From: Sedimentisphaerales bacterium
GTDB taxonomy: Bacteria > Planctomycetota > Phycisphaerae > Sedimentisphaerales > SM23-30
Direction of reading: 5' to 3'
Length of the DNA stretch: 64,000 nucleotides
Assembly (NCBI GenBank): GCA_963663805.2
Contig: CAXXMR010000003.1
Span: forward strand, 192,001 to 256,000
Below are positions 29,799 to 39,967 of the stretch, piece after piece. Each line of letters begins with the position of its first letter. The stretch's first letter is position 1. The position numbers and the translations under genes were made by a program. The notes under the pieces were generated by a model. It had not been told where the DNA came from. It ran no database searches and saw only the letters and a program-made list of their open reading frames with translations.

Positions 29799-31632
29799 GA
29801 GCCTGTCCATTGTTTGCAACTATTTGCGGGACAAGGGATTGAGTTTGATTTTATTTGATTAGAGGTGGCGGTTTTTGCTCAAAACGATAAAATAGGTGTG
29901 TTATAATTATTTCATCACAAGTAATTATTACCCAGAAAGGGAACACACCTATGGCAAACATCTTACCCATCCAAGGCCGATTTGACAAAGATATTCCTGA
30001 TGATTTTGGCAACGCTGAATATCGTCAGGAGCGTGAGTTACTCATCGCGATCGACGAGATTATCGTTGCCGGCTGTTTGGCGAATCCGTTGATCGAATAT
30101 TTTCTTGATGTAGCTTATGCCAACAAATACATCAAAGTTTTCGGCACCGATAAATCACCAAAGCTAACCAGCAACGAACGTGCCAACGTTCATGCCAATG
30201 CTGTGCTGGCTTTACGTATGGCAATTCTTCGCAAGCGGCTGGGTTCCTCATTGCGTAAATTCTCATTGGAATTATCGCACAGTGATCTTTACAAATGGTT
30301 TTGCGGTATAAATCGTTTTTCTCTGCCTAAGGTTCCCGGTAAAAGTCATATTGGCGAATTGGAAAATGCTATTCCGCCGGAATTGGCAGAGGAAGTCGAA
30401 AGGCTTTTGTTTCAGTTTGTCCAGGATAAAGAATCAGAAATACTTTATGAGCCGCTGGCTTTTAGCCAATGTTATTTTGACTGCACTTGTATTTCCGTTA
30501 ACATTCATCATCCGGTCGATTGGGTTTTGCTCAAGGATGCCACTATCACGCTCATGAAAGCTACCGCTCGAATTCGTGAAATTGGTTTGCTTCATCGCAT
30601 GGCCAATGAACCAGCCGTTTTCATTACAAAGATGAATAAACTTTCGATGGAAATGACTTTCGCAAAACGTAAGAAAGGGGCTAAAAGGGATCGAAAGCGT
30701 ATTTTTCGAAAAATGAAGAAGTTGGTCAAACGCGTTTGTAATCATGCTAAGAGTCACTTAGAATTACTGGAAGCAAAGTGGGATACAACGAAATTGTCTC
30801 GTTCGCAAACCGAACAAATTATCAAACAGATCACCAATGTGACCGGCAAACTCAATACTGCCATCCAGAATGCTCACGAACGTATCATCGGCGAACGTCA
30901 GGTAGACAATCGGGATAAGATTTTAAGTTTGTATGAAGATGATGTCAATGTGATTGTCCGTCGAAAAGCCGGGGCCAATGTTGAGTTTGGCAATACGCTT
31001 TATTTGGCCGAACAGTCTGATGGGATAATTATCGATTGGGAATTTATTCGCGACCAGGCTCCCGCTGACAGTAAGCTGCTGAAGGAAAGTCACAAGCGGA
31101 TTGAAGATCGCCTGGATGTGAAAGTGAAACTAATGGCCGGTGATCGCGGCTTTGACAGTAAAGACAATCGGCAAATTCTCGAAAGCAATGATATTTTTAA
31201 TGCCGTTTGTCCGCGTGACCCCCATGCGCTGACTGAGCGTTTGAAGGAAAATAAATTCCGGGAAGCTCAGACTCGCCGAAGTCAAACCGAAGCGCGAATC
31301 GCAATTTTGAGTAATTGTTTTTGCGGCTCGCCGATGAAACAAAAGGGTTTTGATAATCGCCATATTCACATGGGCCTGAGCATTTTGTCACACAACCTCT
31401 GGGTGCTGGCAAGATTGAAGATCGCCCAGGGAAAAGCCCAAGAAAAAGCTGCTTAGCAACCCATTTAATCCCGTAAAATGCCTTTTGACGGGAAATGTAC
31501 GCGCCAAAATCGACAGTATGGGCCAGCTTGACCAACAAAAACAAAGAAACCCCCAAAAAAAACAAAATCAGCCCCCCAGCCAACCACGCAAAATCATCCA
31601 CCCAACAAAAAAAACGACTTCCGGACAGCCTC
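29799..31632 (+). mobile_element. Insertion sequence, DDE (IS5/IS1182-like)
   Basis: Ends GAGCCTGTCC / GGACAGCCTC; 7-bp direct repeat TATATTA at 29792-29798 and 31633-31639. Confidence 0.85.
29951..31456 (+). CDS. DDE transposase
   Basis: YFDCT, KILSLYE...KAG..VEFG, AGDRGF, R..TEARI. Confidence 0.88.
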   Translation: MANILPIQGRFDKDIPDDFGNAEYRQERELLIAIDEIIVAGCLANPLIEYFLDVAYANKYIKVFGTDKSPKLTSNERANVHANAVLALRMAILRKRLGSSLRKFSLELSHSDLYKWFCGINRFSLPKVPGKSHIGELENAIPPELAEEVERLLFQFVQDKESEILYEPLAFSQCYFDCTCISVNIHHPVDWVLLKDATITLMKATARIREIGLLHRMANEPAVFITKMNKLSMEMTFAKRKKGAKRDRKRIFRKMKKLVKRVCNHAKSHLELLEAKWDTTKLSRSQTEQIIKQITNVTGKLNTAIQNAHERIIGERQVDNRDKILSLYEDDVNVIVRRKAGANVEFGNTLYLAEQSDGIIIDWEFIRDQAPADSKLLKESHKRIEDRLDVKVKLMAGDRGFDSKDNRQILESNDIFNAVCPRDPHALTERLKENKFREAQTRRSQTEARIAILSNCFCGSPMKQKGFDNRHIHMGLSILSHNLWVLARLKIAQGKAQEKAA

Positions 31633-32005
31633 TATATTAGGCGGCCTGGTAAGGAGCATGGCAATAGCAATATTGTTTTTCGTATCATGTCAGCATTATG
31701 GCTCAGATAAAATACTGGGCAATACTTACTTGCAAATGATCAGAAAAACCGTCATTTTGCCATAATCAGCGGTAAATGACTTTGGGAACGTCGCTAAAAA
31801 CCCGTCTTTCGGAGTCACCAACAAAGTCAATGTCAATACCGGATTGAACAGGTTTAGTTTTACACTTTGAAAAGGAAGCCATGATTTCTTCTATGCTCTG
31901 GGCAATTATTCCAAATCGTCCAGGAATATATTTCCGATAATGATTCTTCATAATGTTTTTTCGCGTTTGGAATTGCAAATGTCCTGTATATTTGTCAGTT
32001 ACATG

Positions 32006-32575
32006 CTAAATCTTTTTTAATACGGCTGTTTTACTTAGAAAAATATTGGGACCTGATTCAACTTCAAAACCGCAGCTTCGTGAAATATCTAAAGACTCTT
32101 GAAAGTCAGCTTTGGAAACATGGATTGGCGGCTCTACAACAAGGGCTTTCCCTTGTGGACTTAATAGTGAATGGAATTCCTTGAACAGTTGAGATTGGTT
32201 CGGAACCTCATGGATGACGTAAAATACAAGTATAAAATCGACGGGGCCGGTTAAGTTGGTGCGATCGGTCTGGCATTGGTGTAAAATAATACGGTCACTG
32301 AAATTTGTTTTATCGACTTTGATCTTTACTAGATCAAGCATACCTCGCTGGAGATCAACCGCGAATACACGACCTGAATTCCCAATCAGATCAGCTAATC
32401 CAAGAGCAAAAAAACCGGGCCCGCAGCCATAATCAACAGCCACCATGCCTTCTTTGACAAAGGGTCTTAAAATCTTGTCAGGATTCTGAAACCATTTCCT
32501 AATAGACAGATCAAGACCGCCAGCTCTTTCCATGGGGCACACCTTGTTGTTTTTCATAATAATCACTCCTGCCAA
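32006..32575 (-). CDS. Class I SAM-dependent methyltransferase
   Basis: VDYGCGPG motif I, AVDLQ, VIHE. Confidence 0.88.
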   Translation of the reverse strand: MAGVIIMKNNKVCPMERAGGLDLSIRKWFQNPDKILRPFVKEGMVAVDYGCGPGFFALGLADLIGNSGRVFAVDLQRGMLDLVKIKVDKTNFSDRIILHQCQTDRTNLTGPVDFILVFYVIHEVPNQSQLFKEFHSLLSPQGKALVVEPPIHVSKADFQESLDISRSCGFEVESGPNIFLSKTAVLKKI

Positions 32576-32615
32576 GCTAAATACGTTTATTCTGTTTGAT
32601 CAGTAACCGCAAAAT

Positions 32616-32632
32616 TGTTTAGCGGCTATACA
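32616..32632. promoter_or_regulatory. Degenerate copy of the MarR operator upstream of the methyltransferase
   Basis: TGTTTAGCGGCTATACA vs TGTATAGTAACTATACA at 33106. Confidence 0.6.
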
Positions 32633-32647
32633 TTATAGCTAAAATTT

Positions 32648-33097
32648 TTATTTGTGTTTATCAACCATATTCTCCAAATGGGTCAAAAAGCCTTCGATCA
32701 ACTTTAAATCTTTTTTCGATAGTTGTTTCATATATTTGTATAATTCGTTATCCATCTGTTTATGATGTTGCTCATGGGCCAAGTATGCAACACGACCCTT
32801 TTGGGTAAGAACCGGAACCGCTTTTAGATGATTGTCAGGATCTCCACTTTTACGAGCCAATCCTTTCTCCTCAAGTTTAGTTACAGATTGAGATACGGCG
32901 CCTCTAGTAACGCCAACAATTCGTGCCAATTCCGACATGTGCACGCCTTCATTATTTCCAATAAACATAATCATATGTATTTCAGAGGGATATAGCAATG
33001 CATCCACACCAAACTTCCGAGGCGTTTTTTCATTGCGAACAACCTTATTCATCACTCTTATTAATGCTTCACTTAATCTTGTAAAATGTTCATCCAT
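32648..33097 (-). CDS. MarR-family transcriptional regulator
   Basis: LYPSEIHMI, SELAR..GVTRGAVSQ...KLEEKG, LTQKG. Confidence 0.9.
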   Translation of the reverse strand: MDEHFTRLSEALIRVMNKVVRNEKTPRKFGVDALLYPSEIHMIMFIGNNEGVHMSELARIVGVTRGAVSQSVTKLEEKGLARKSGDPDNHLKAVPVLTQKGRVAYLAHEQHHKQMDNELYKYMKQLSKKDLKLIEGFLTHLENMVDKHK

Positions 33098-33103
33098 TCC
33101 AGC

Positions 33104-33132
33104 ATTGTATAGTAACTATACATTATTGTCAA
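33104..33132 (-). promoter_or_regulatory. MarR gene promoter with overlapping palindromic operator
   Basis: Minus strand TTGACA - 17 nt - TACAAT; perfect 8-1-8 palindrome TGTATAGT-A-ACTATACA at 33106-33122. Confidence 0.8.
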
Positions 33133-33232
33133 AGGAATTTCATGACAATTGCAAAAGTTTTTAAAAAACTACAAAAATGTTACAATTGAGTTGTCGTCTT
33201 TAGAAAAGTTTATCAATCTCTGTTGCTGTCAT

Positions 33233-33763
33233 TTACGGATTGTGTGCCTCTTGAAATCCTTGAAAAATGTATCCAAATACTTCGGCTGCTTTTTTACAAT
33301 CCTGTTCATTGGGATGATTGGCGGCCTGTTCCAAACGGGCTTTTCGTTTTTCGTTCATGGCATGAGGGTGGCCAGGTTTTTTATCCGCGATGTCGCGCAT
33401 CCACTGGATAAGTTTGGGGTCTATTTTTCCCTGGCAGATAAAATGTCCGAGAATACTATTGGCCCGCAATAATTTCTCTGCCTTTTTCATTGAATCGAGA
33501 GCGTGTTGAGAATCAGGGCAGGCTCCCAGCGTCAAAAAGATGCCGACATTTTTACCTTTGATTTTTTGCATATAATCACGAACAACCTTGTCTGGCATAC
33601 CTTTATCTACCCAACCGCCAATTGCGATAAAATCGTACCCATCAGGCAAGGGGGCTTGTTGTACCGGATAAATCTCGCAGTTTGGTAACAAAGCTTGATG
33701 AACAGCCTCGGCGATCATTTTGGTATTTCCGGTTTTACTAGAGTAAACAACCATGCATTTCAT
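33233..33763 (-). CDS. Flavodoxin-fold protein, HmuF-like
   Basis: YSSKTGNT FMN loop, WVDKG, TLGA.PDS.HA, CQGKID, GHPH; last gene of the heme radical SAM/ECF operon. Confidence 0.78.
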   Translation of the reverse strand: MKCMVVYSSKTGNTKMIAEAVHQALLPNCEIYPVQQAPLPDGYDFIAIGGWVDKGMPDKVVRDYMQKIKGKNVGIFLTLGACPDSQHALDSMKKAEKLLRANSILGHFICQGKIDPKLIQWMRDIADKKPGHPHAMNEKRKARLEQAANHPNEQDCKKAAEVFGYIFQGFQEAHNP

Positions 33764-35235
33764 TTTGGAGCCTCTGGTTTTTCAAATTTCATAAGATCGT
33801 AAAAAAATTTCTGATATTGAGATCGATATATTGTTCTGGCAATGGTTCCGTTGTCTACCCAGAGTATTTTGTCACAGCATAATAAAACCAGCTCTATATC
33901 ATGAGTGATGATAATGACAGGGATTTTCTGGTCACAAAGTTTTTTGATTTCCGCGGCCAGCTTTCTCATTCGCATCATATCCAGGCCGCTGGTGGGTTCA
34001 TCAAGTATAATAATTTCGGGATCCAGAGCCATCAGAGCGGCAATTGCCAAACGCTGTTTTTCTCCGCCTGACAATGCCTGGGGGTGTCGATCTTTCAACT
34101 CCAGTAAGTCATATTGTTTGAGAATATCCTTAGCTGCGACATCGTCTGTATTATCATTTTGAGGGCTCAAAAGCAACTCGCCTAAAACGGTATCACTGAA
34201 CAATTGCTGCTCAGCCTGTTGAGTTACACAACCAATACGACCTATTCTGCTTTTAGGCTTGAAAACCTCACCTTTTATTGAAATCACACCCTTGTCTTCT
34301 TTTTGCAGACCGGTAATAATACGTGAAAGCGTTGTTTTACCAGCACCATTATGCCCCATAACAGCAATACAAGCGCCTGCTTCGACTGCAAAATTGACAT
34401 TATTCACTATCTGTTTATTTCGGCCTACCGAGCCATAGAGGCCTTGCACTTCAAGTGCAACATTTGGACCTGATTGTCCCGGACGATCTTCAACTTCAGG
34501 AGAGTGGTCCCATATTCGCAAGCCGGCCTTCTGTCGAAAGTTTGATGAAGCCAACTTATCAGGTGGACCGTCATAAACAAGTGCGCCATTTTTTATCACA
34601 ACCACCTGGTCAGCTAATTCACGTAAATACCAGAGGCGATGTTCTGAAATAACCATTGTTCTACCCTGTTTTTTTAATTTGCCCAACAGATGTTTAAGTT
34701 CGTGGATAGAAGAAATGTCAAGATTCGCTGTCGGCTCGTCCATAAGCAGTAAAGGCTGGTCCATGGCAAGGATAGAGGCGAGAGCAACTTTTTGCTTTTC
34801 GCCCGAAGAAAGCGTAAATAAATCACGATATCTGAGATGCTCGATTTCCACATCTGCCAATGCCAACTCAAGACGCTCCACAACAGTTTCAGGATCAAGC
34901 CCGCTATGCTCCAAACCGAACATTATCTCATCTTCAACAGTAAGCTGAAAAAACTGGGTATTGGGATTTTGGAAAACCGTACCTGCCAGCTCACTAATTT
35001 CCCATAATGATTTGCCGGCAATGTCCCGGCCGGCAATGCAGATTTGACCGTCGAGTATTCCGCCATAATGCCTCGGGGCCAAACCGTTAATGCAATGCAA
35101 TAAAGTTGACTTGCCGCTGCCGGAAGGACCGGTCACCAGAATCAGCTTGCCGGGTGATACCTGTATGTTAACATTTGCCAGGGCAGGATTATTTGGGCCG
35201 GCATATGAATAATTTAAATCAGATATTTTCAGCAT
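33760..35235 (-). CDS. ECF transporter duplicated ATPase (EcfA-A')
   Basis: Two ABC domains: GPSGSGKS/LSSGEKQ/DEPT and GHNGAGKT/LSGGEKQ/DEPT; FQNP Q-loop. Confidence 0.92.
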   Translation of the reverse strand: MLKISDLNYSYAGPNNPALANVNIQVSPGKLILVTGPSGSGKSTLLHCINGLAPRHYGGILDGQICIAGRDIAGKSLWEISELAGTVFQNPNTQFFQLTVEDEIMFGLEHSGLDPETVVERLELALADVEIEHLRYRDLFTLSSGEKQKVALASILAMDQPLLLMDEPTANLDISSIHELKHLLGKLKKQGRTMVISEHRLWYLRELADQVVVIKNGALVYDGPPDKLASSNFRQKAGLRIWDHSPEVEDRPGQSGPNVALEVQGLYGSVGRNKQIVNNVNFAVEAGACIAVMGHNGAGKTTLSRIITGLQKEDKGVISIKGEVFKPKSRIGRIGCVTQQAEQQLFSDTVLGELLLSPQNDNTDDVAAKDILKQYDLLELKDRHPQALSGGEKQRLAIAALMALDPEIIILDEPTSGLDMMRMRKLAAEIKKLCDQKIPVIIITHDIELVLLCCDKILWVDNGTIARTIYRSQYQKFFYDLMKFEKPEAPK

Positions 35236-35987
35236 TGCAATGTTATTATAAGAGAAATAGTGATGAGTGATGACATCAGGCCGGCTGTTATTATGAACGC
35301 GTAATAGTCATTTTTACGAAAACGAATGGGGCGAGGCTGTTTTGTGCAGTCCGGGCGGGCTAACCCTCGTGTTTCCGCTACAGCGGCGAGTTCATCTGCC
35401 ATTTTTAAGCTGCGTATGGTCACCAGAGCAAGATAACTCTGACCAATGAGGTGGGGATGCTTTAGTAGATCACGCTTTCGATGAACTATTCTACGCAAAC
35501 ACATGGAATCTCTAATGACCACCGATTCATTTAAAAGGGTAGGTAAAAATCGAACCGCAATGGTAAGCGGCAGGATAATAAGAACCGGTACTTTCCAGGC
35601 TTCCAGTGCCATTGCAAGATCACGCAGCTTGGTTGTAACGGCAAACCAGAGGCCGGTCACAGCCAGAACTCCTCCCCTAAAAACCATACCAATGAACATG
35701 GAGCCGGGATTATCCAGCGGCTTATTGATGATATAGTTGAACAAAAACACAAAAACGCTCCAGAGCATGACGGCCAAAAGCATTGTAATAACAAAAACCT
35801 TTATTAAACGCGAAAAATAAGCCAAAACACCAGCAGTGACAAACAGTCCCAGGCAGATAATATCATTGGCAAAGATAAGCGCCGCTGTAACTAAAATAAG
35901 GATAATCAGTTTACATCGCGGGTCAAGCCGTTCAAATACACAATCAGGATTGCGTTGTCCCAAGCGTTGTATAAATGAACGCATCAT
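35229..35987 (-). CDS. ECF transporter transmembrane T component
   Basis: LDPRCKL, RFLPTL, AAVAETRG motifs. Confidence 0.9.
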   Translation of the reverse strand: MMRSFIQRLGQRNPDCVFERLDPRCKLIILILVTAALIFANDIICLGLFVTAGVLAYFSRLIKVFVITMLLAVMLWSVFVFLFNYIINKPLDNPGSMFIGMVFRGGVLAVTGLWFAVTTKLRDLAMALEAWKVPVLIILPLTIAVRFLPTLLNESVVIRDSMCLRRIVHRKRDLLKHPHLIGQSYLALVTIRSLKMADELAAVAETRGLARPDCTKQPRPIRFRKNDYYAFIITAGLMSSLITISLIITLQC

Positions 35988-37969
35988 GCCATCACTCCTG
36001 CTTTTGATATTTTGCCGGTCAGCTTAATTCCAGCGATTCCGCCCGCTAACGCTCCAATCGCCGAGGCCGCAATTGCAAGTACAATCAGATACCAGACAAG
36101 TTGAATCTGTGTCATCTCAGTAATAAATGCATATAATTTGCTGAATGTGGTTTGAGATGTACGGTATATAATCAGTGCAGTTATCAGTGGGATAGTTTTC
36201 GAGATGCCTCCCAGCATACGAGCGGCCATATCTCCCAGTACACCTCCTATTACCAAGCCAAACCCCATGAGAATACTACCAGACAGCAGCATGGTCATCA
36301 GGGAATATACCAGGGACATTACACTCAGGGCGCCGGTTTTGGGAACTTTCTTTAGAGCAACATACATAATGATCGAAGACACAAACGCCATCAGGAACTG
36401 CATTACGCCCGGTATCATCGCAATGCCCGTCACGTGAAGCAGCATTGCAGCAACAAATTGGGTCACAAATACTAACGCACACATTACTCCCAGAACTGAA
36501 ATATCTTTTATGGAAAACCCATACATGGCATGGTTATGTTTTGAATGATGGTTTTTTTCAGAAAGGTCATTGTCAGTATTTGAGATTTCCGAAAAGACCA
36601 TCAGATTTTTTGCAGGAGCATTTTTCTCAGCCAGACCAGCATAATCCGCGGCAATATTGTAGCACCAGCTCCAGCCGTTATCAGTAAGTTCGTAGAGTGG
36701 ACCTTCTTTTTGCAGGAGGCCTTTTTCAAGATGTTTATCAAGCTTATTATTAAGGATAGTTGAGGAATCAATGGCGTCGTCATGCCATACTGTATCTGGA
36801 TTTAAAAAACCGCGCTGTAGTTGTCCTGTCACGGAACGCAGTAAGCGGGACTTCGCCGGCAGCATGAGCGAAGCCATATATCCGGCCTTTTTTCCGGCAA
36901 TCAGCATCTGGTACATGTTTTTGTCCATGGCATTCATAATGACCAAAGGTCCCAGATAGCCGCCGGCACTACATCCGATCGGCAAACAGTCTCCATCATT
37001 TAATCGTATATTGGCATAAAGATTTCTGTCTGTGGACTTGACAAAGTGGGTACACGTATCTTGACGATATCCGAGCTGGGTCAAAAACTGTCGTGCCGAT
37101 CGACATTGTTCAAGCTCGACAGGCAAATCCGGCAATGGGGCAATTTCACCTTCTTTCAGTTGTTTTTCCAGAGGAGTTCCGCTCATCGCAATCAGCGGAT
37201 ACAAAGATATACCGTCAAAATTCAAGGCGACCGCGAAATTCAAATCCTCGTGGAATTTTTGAATAGACTGGCCGGGCAGACGATAAAGTATGTCGGCGGA
37301 GATGGTCTTTATGCCAGCAGTTCTGGCGTTTTTGACCATTTGATATATTTTGTCCTTATCTGACAAACGCCCTAACTGTTGACGCATAGAAGTATCGAAT
37401 GTCTGTACACCCAGGCTTAGGCGATTTACTCCTGACTGTACCATTGCCTGCAGCTTTTCGTCAGACAGGTCATGAATCGTAGATTCGACAGTTATTTCCG
37501 CTGATTCATCAAGGCAAAGTACATCTCGGGCGGTATCAAGCAGATCAGCCATTGCCTCAGCAGGCAAGATCGAAGGAGTACCGCCTCCCAAATAAAGAGC
37601 TTCAAAACCACCCTGAAGAACATAACCAGAGTCTTGATATTTCTGTAGTTCCCTGATAACTAATTTCGCGTACTCAGCAGCCCGGACTGAAGTACCCGCT
37701 CTACGCTGGAAATTGCAAAACGAGCACAAAGTTCCACAAAACGGAATATGTACATAAGCCGTTCTACGCTGGCCTTCGTCAACACCTTTTTCAACGATAT
37801 TTTTCCAGATATCTTTTTCATCGCCCCGGGGCGCTATACAGCTCCAGCCATAAGTATCCATATGACTGCGCAATCTGGATCCGAAGGGCAAATCAGCACG
37901 ATTAATCACCTGAATCCGCCGTTCCACATTTAAGCCTGAAGCAAAATCTATATTCGTTCTGGAATTCAT
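35984..37969 (-). CDS. HemN/ChuW(HutW)-like radical SAM protein fused to an ECF S component
   Basis: YVHIPFCGTLCSFC, YLGGGTPS, RLSLGVQTF; His-rich linker; C-terminal about 175 aa multi-TM domain (KVPKTGA) resembling MptD-type S components. Confidence 0.82.
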   Translation of the reverse strand: MNSRTNIDFASGLNVERRIQVINRADLPFGSRLRSHMDTYGWSCIAPRGDEKDIWKNIVEKGVDEGQRRTAYVHIPFCGTLCSFCNFQRRAGTSVRAAEYAKLVIRELQKYQDSGYVLQGGFEALYLGGGTPSILPAEAMADLLDTARDVLCLDESAEITVESTIHDLSDEKLQAMVQSGVNRLSLGVQTFDTSMRQQLGRLSDKDKIYQMVKNARTAGIKTISADILYRLPGQSIQKFHEDLNFAVALNFDGISLYPLIAMSGTPLEKQLKEGEIAPLPDLPVELEQCRSARQFLTQLGYRQDTCTHFVKSTDRNLYANIRLNDGDCLPIGCSAGGYLGPLVIMNAMDKNMYQMLIAGKKAGYMASLMLPAKSRLLRSVTGQLQRGFLNPDTVWHDDAIDSSTILNNKLDKHLEKGLLQKEGPLYELTDNGWSWCYNIAADYAGLAEKNAPAKNLMVFSEISNTDNDLSEKNHHSKHNHAMYGFSIKDISVLGVMCALVFVTQFVAAMLLHVTGIAMIPGVMQFLMAFVSSIIMYVALKKVPKTGALSVMSLVYSLMTMLLSGSILMGFGLVIGGVLGDMAARMLGGISKTIPLITALIIYRTSQTTFSKLYAFITEMTQIQLVWYLIVLAIAASAIGALAGGIAGIKLTGKISKAGVMA

Positions 37970-38026
37970 TTATTGGCAACCCTTTTCAATTCAGCATTTT
38001 TGCGCCTGGGCCGAACGACCGTACTT

Positions 38027-38101
38027 TTATTTTTTTTTGCACCGACAGACTTTACATTTTTCGTTACAGTTACATGCAGTGTTTTTACAACTAATAGTCA
38101 T
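38027..38101 (-). CDS. Cys-rich micro-ORF MTISCKNTACNCNEKCKVCRCKKK (absent from the ORF track)
   Basis: AAAGGA RBS upstream of ATG 38101; 6 Cys in 24 aa; the stop follows an A9 run. Confidence 0.5.
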   Translation of the reverse strand: MTISCKNTACNCNEKCKVCRCKKK

Positions 38102-38135
38102 GGAATTCTTTTTCCTTTCGATCTTTTAGCACTTT

Positions 38136-39113
38136 TCAATAATTATCCAGATGACCTTCCAGATTAACAACATGGAGGTAATCCGCTATTGGAATATCAA
38201 AACATTTCAGTTGTTGGTGAGTAATAGAAATATCACGACTTAGCGTTTGCATTTTTTTTGACAATACAACGTCACCGCTTCCACTTAAAATGATAATTCT
38301 ATCCTCAACGTTCGGGCTTCTCCGTTTTAGACGAAAGGGTATCCCTGCGCCATAGCTGACATGTCCGCTACCGCACAAGACCACCGCGAGAGGATCAGGT
38401 TGATTGCTATTGTTGATCGCCTGAAACAGTTTCTCCGCCATCATTTCGTCGCGACACACCTGGGCTGTGAACATTCTATCGAGCATCTCCGGTATATCTT
38501 TCACATGAGCCATCACCATCATGGTGTTATTCAGGTGTTGGCGATATTTCTCATTAGCAGTGTCTATCTGGTCAGGCAGCTCATTTCTCTCCTGGCCAGA
38601 GAGAGTCTGTATTCCCCAGCGCCCCACCTTCCGGATAATCTCCTGCCGGGCATTCAGACCAACAATTGTGCCGCCGGCATGATGCACTGCTTTTACAATC
38701 TTCTGATAGTCCTGATAGTTACCCCAGCGTGAAGGCCAATCAATCAACTCGCTCAACTGCTCAAAGGTAATCTCATGGCAATTGTAGCGGTCGAGGGCGG
38801 GTTGATTGAAGGCCTCCACCTGCTCAAGCCCCAGAACCAGAGGCCGGTCTCTGGCAAGCAAATCCGCGATGATCTTGTGTTGGAGTTCATGGTGGCGGGT
38901 GAGCGTGTGATGTTCTCCCAGATACACAACATCCACCTCAGCCAGGTCCATGAGCATTTGCTTGTAAGCCACCGGTTCTCCACGATAAGTGTCAACCCAA
39001 AAGCCGCAGCGGTTGACGGTTCTCCCTGTCATCTGACATCCTCCGGAAAACACTAAGATTGCAGTCAAGGCCCAAAGTGCTGATTTTATTGTTGGCTTAA
39101 TTTTCATATTCAT
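38136..39113 (-). CDS. ChaN/PhuW-family heme-associated lipoprotein
   Basis: Lipobox FSGGC; DVVYLGEHH, LGLE, AQ..RD..MA, GSGH..YG.GIP. Confidence 0.85.
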   Translation of the reverse strand: MNMKIKPTIKSALWALTAILVFSGGCQMTGRTVNRCGFWVDTYRGEPVAYKQMLMDLAEVDVVYLGEHHTLTRHHELQHKIIADLLARDRPLVLGLEQVEAFNQPALDRYNCHEITFEQLSELIDWPSRWGNYQDYQKIVKAVHHAGGTIVGLNARQEIIRKVGRWGIQTLSGQERNELPDQIDTANEKYRQHLNNTMMVMAHVKDIPEMLDRMFTAQVCRDEMMAEKLFQAINNSNQPDPLAVVLCGSGHVSYGAGIPFRLKRRSPNVEDRIIILSGSGDVVLSKKMQTLSRDISITHQQLKCFDIPIADYLHVVNLEGHLDNY

Positions 39114-39130
39114 GATATTCCATTATCCAT

Positions 39131-39946
39131 TTAATAGCCCGGTCCCCACAAAGTACGGTCTTCCTGCGAATCCGGCAGACTTAAATGAGTCCAGAACATA
39201 TGTCCTGAAGTTTTTATGTTGACCGGGGCGGCCACTTCATCGGCCTCATAACCTTTGACTCTGCCGATATGACTGTCAACAAACATAATATTCATGGCCT
39301 GATCATGATAGAAGCCGCTGGTATATCTGTGATGGCCCTGCCAATCGGGATTGTACTGAAGCAAATTCGGATTATATATGTCATAAACTTGGCCATAATA
39401 ACTCGTCTCAATCATGAACATGCAATCTGAGGCCATTCTAATATTGTCGAGTTTATATTTACCGCCCGGCCCGAAACGTAATTCCGGACTGGCCAATGTC
39501 CAACCGCTGCCGGCGCCGGCTTTTTTGTAATAACCATTTAACGCGTAACTGGTGTATTTTTGGTTATGAGGTGAGAAACCCATGGGGTACGGATCTTTAT
39601 CTGAAGGACAAAACCATAAATCTGCAGGTTCCTCCCAGGTTGCTTCTTTTGCGCTGTCTCCGCCAATATAAGGCAATAAGGCCCATATCCACGGCCTGGA
39701 GCCAATGTTGTTGGCCATAATACGATACGCAATTGGTATATCACCTTTGTTGTCCATAACATAAGTGCAAAACGCCAGCGATATCTGCTTCATTTGCGAA
39801 GCACAAACTACCGCCCGAGCCTGGGTACGCGCTTTTCCCAACGCCGGTAATAAAATCGATACCATCAGAGCGATTATCGCCACCACAACCAGTAATTCCA
39901 CTAACGTGAAACCACTGAACTTTTGTTTGTTTGTACAAAACATCAA
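39131..39946 (-). CDS. Prepilin-type / H-X9-D(S) protein, heme cassette
   Basis: [26 protein letters not shown]. Confidence 0.88.
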   Translation of the reverse strand: MMFCTNKQKFSGFTLVELLVVVAIIALMVSILLPALGKARTQARAVVCASQMKQISLAFCTYVMDNKGDIPIAYRIMANNIGSRPWIWALLPYIGGDSAKEATWEEPADLWFCPSDKDPYPMGFSPHNQKYTSYALNGYYKKAGAGSGWTLASPELRFGPGGKYKLDNIRMASDCMFMIETSYYGQVYDIYNPNLLQYNPDWQGHHRYTSGFYHDQAMNIMFVDSHIGRVKGYEADEVAAPVNIKTSGHMFWTHLSLPDSQEDRTLWGPGY

Positions 39947-39967
39947 AGCTGCTTCTCCTGCATACTG

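Noticed and set aside
31766..31978. 70-aa minus-strand ORF
   Set aside because: Could be a real small gene after the methyltransferase, but there is no motif to support it.
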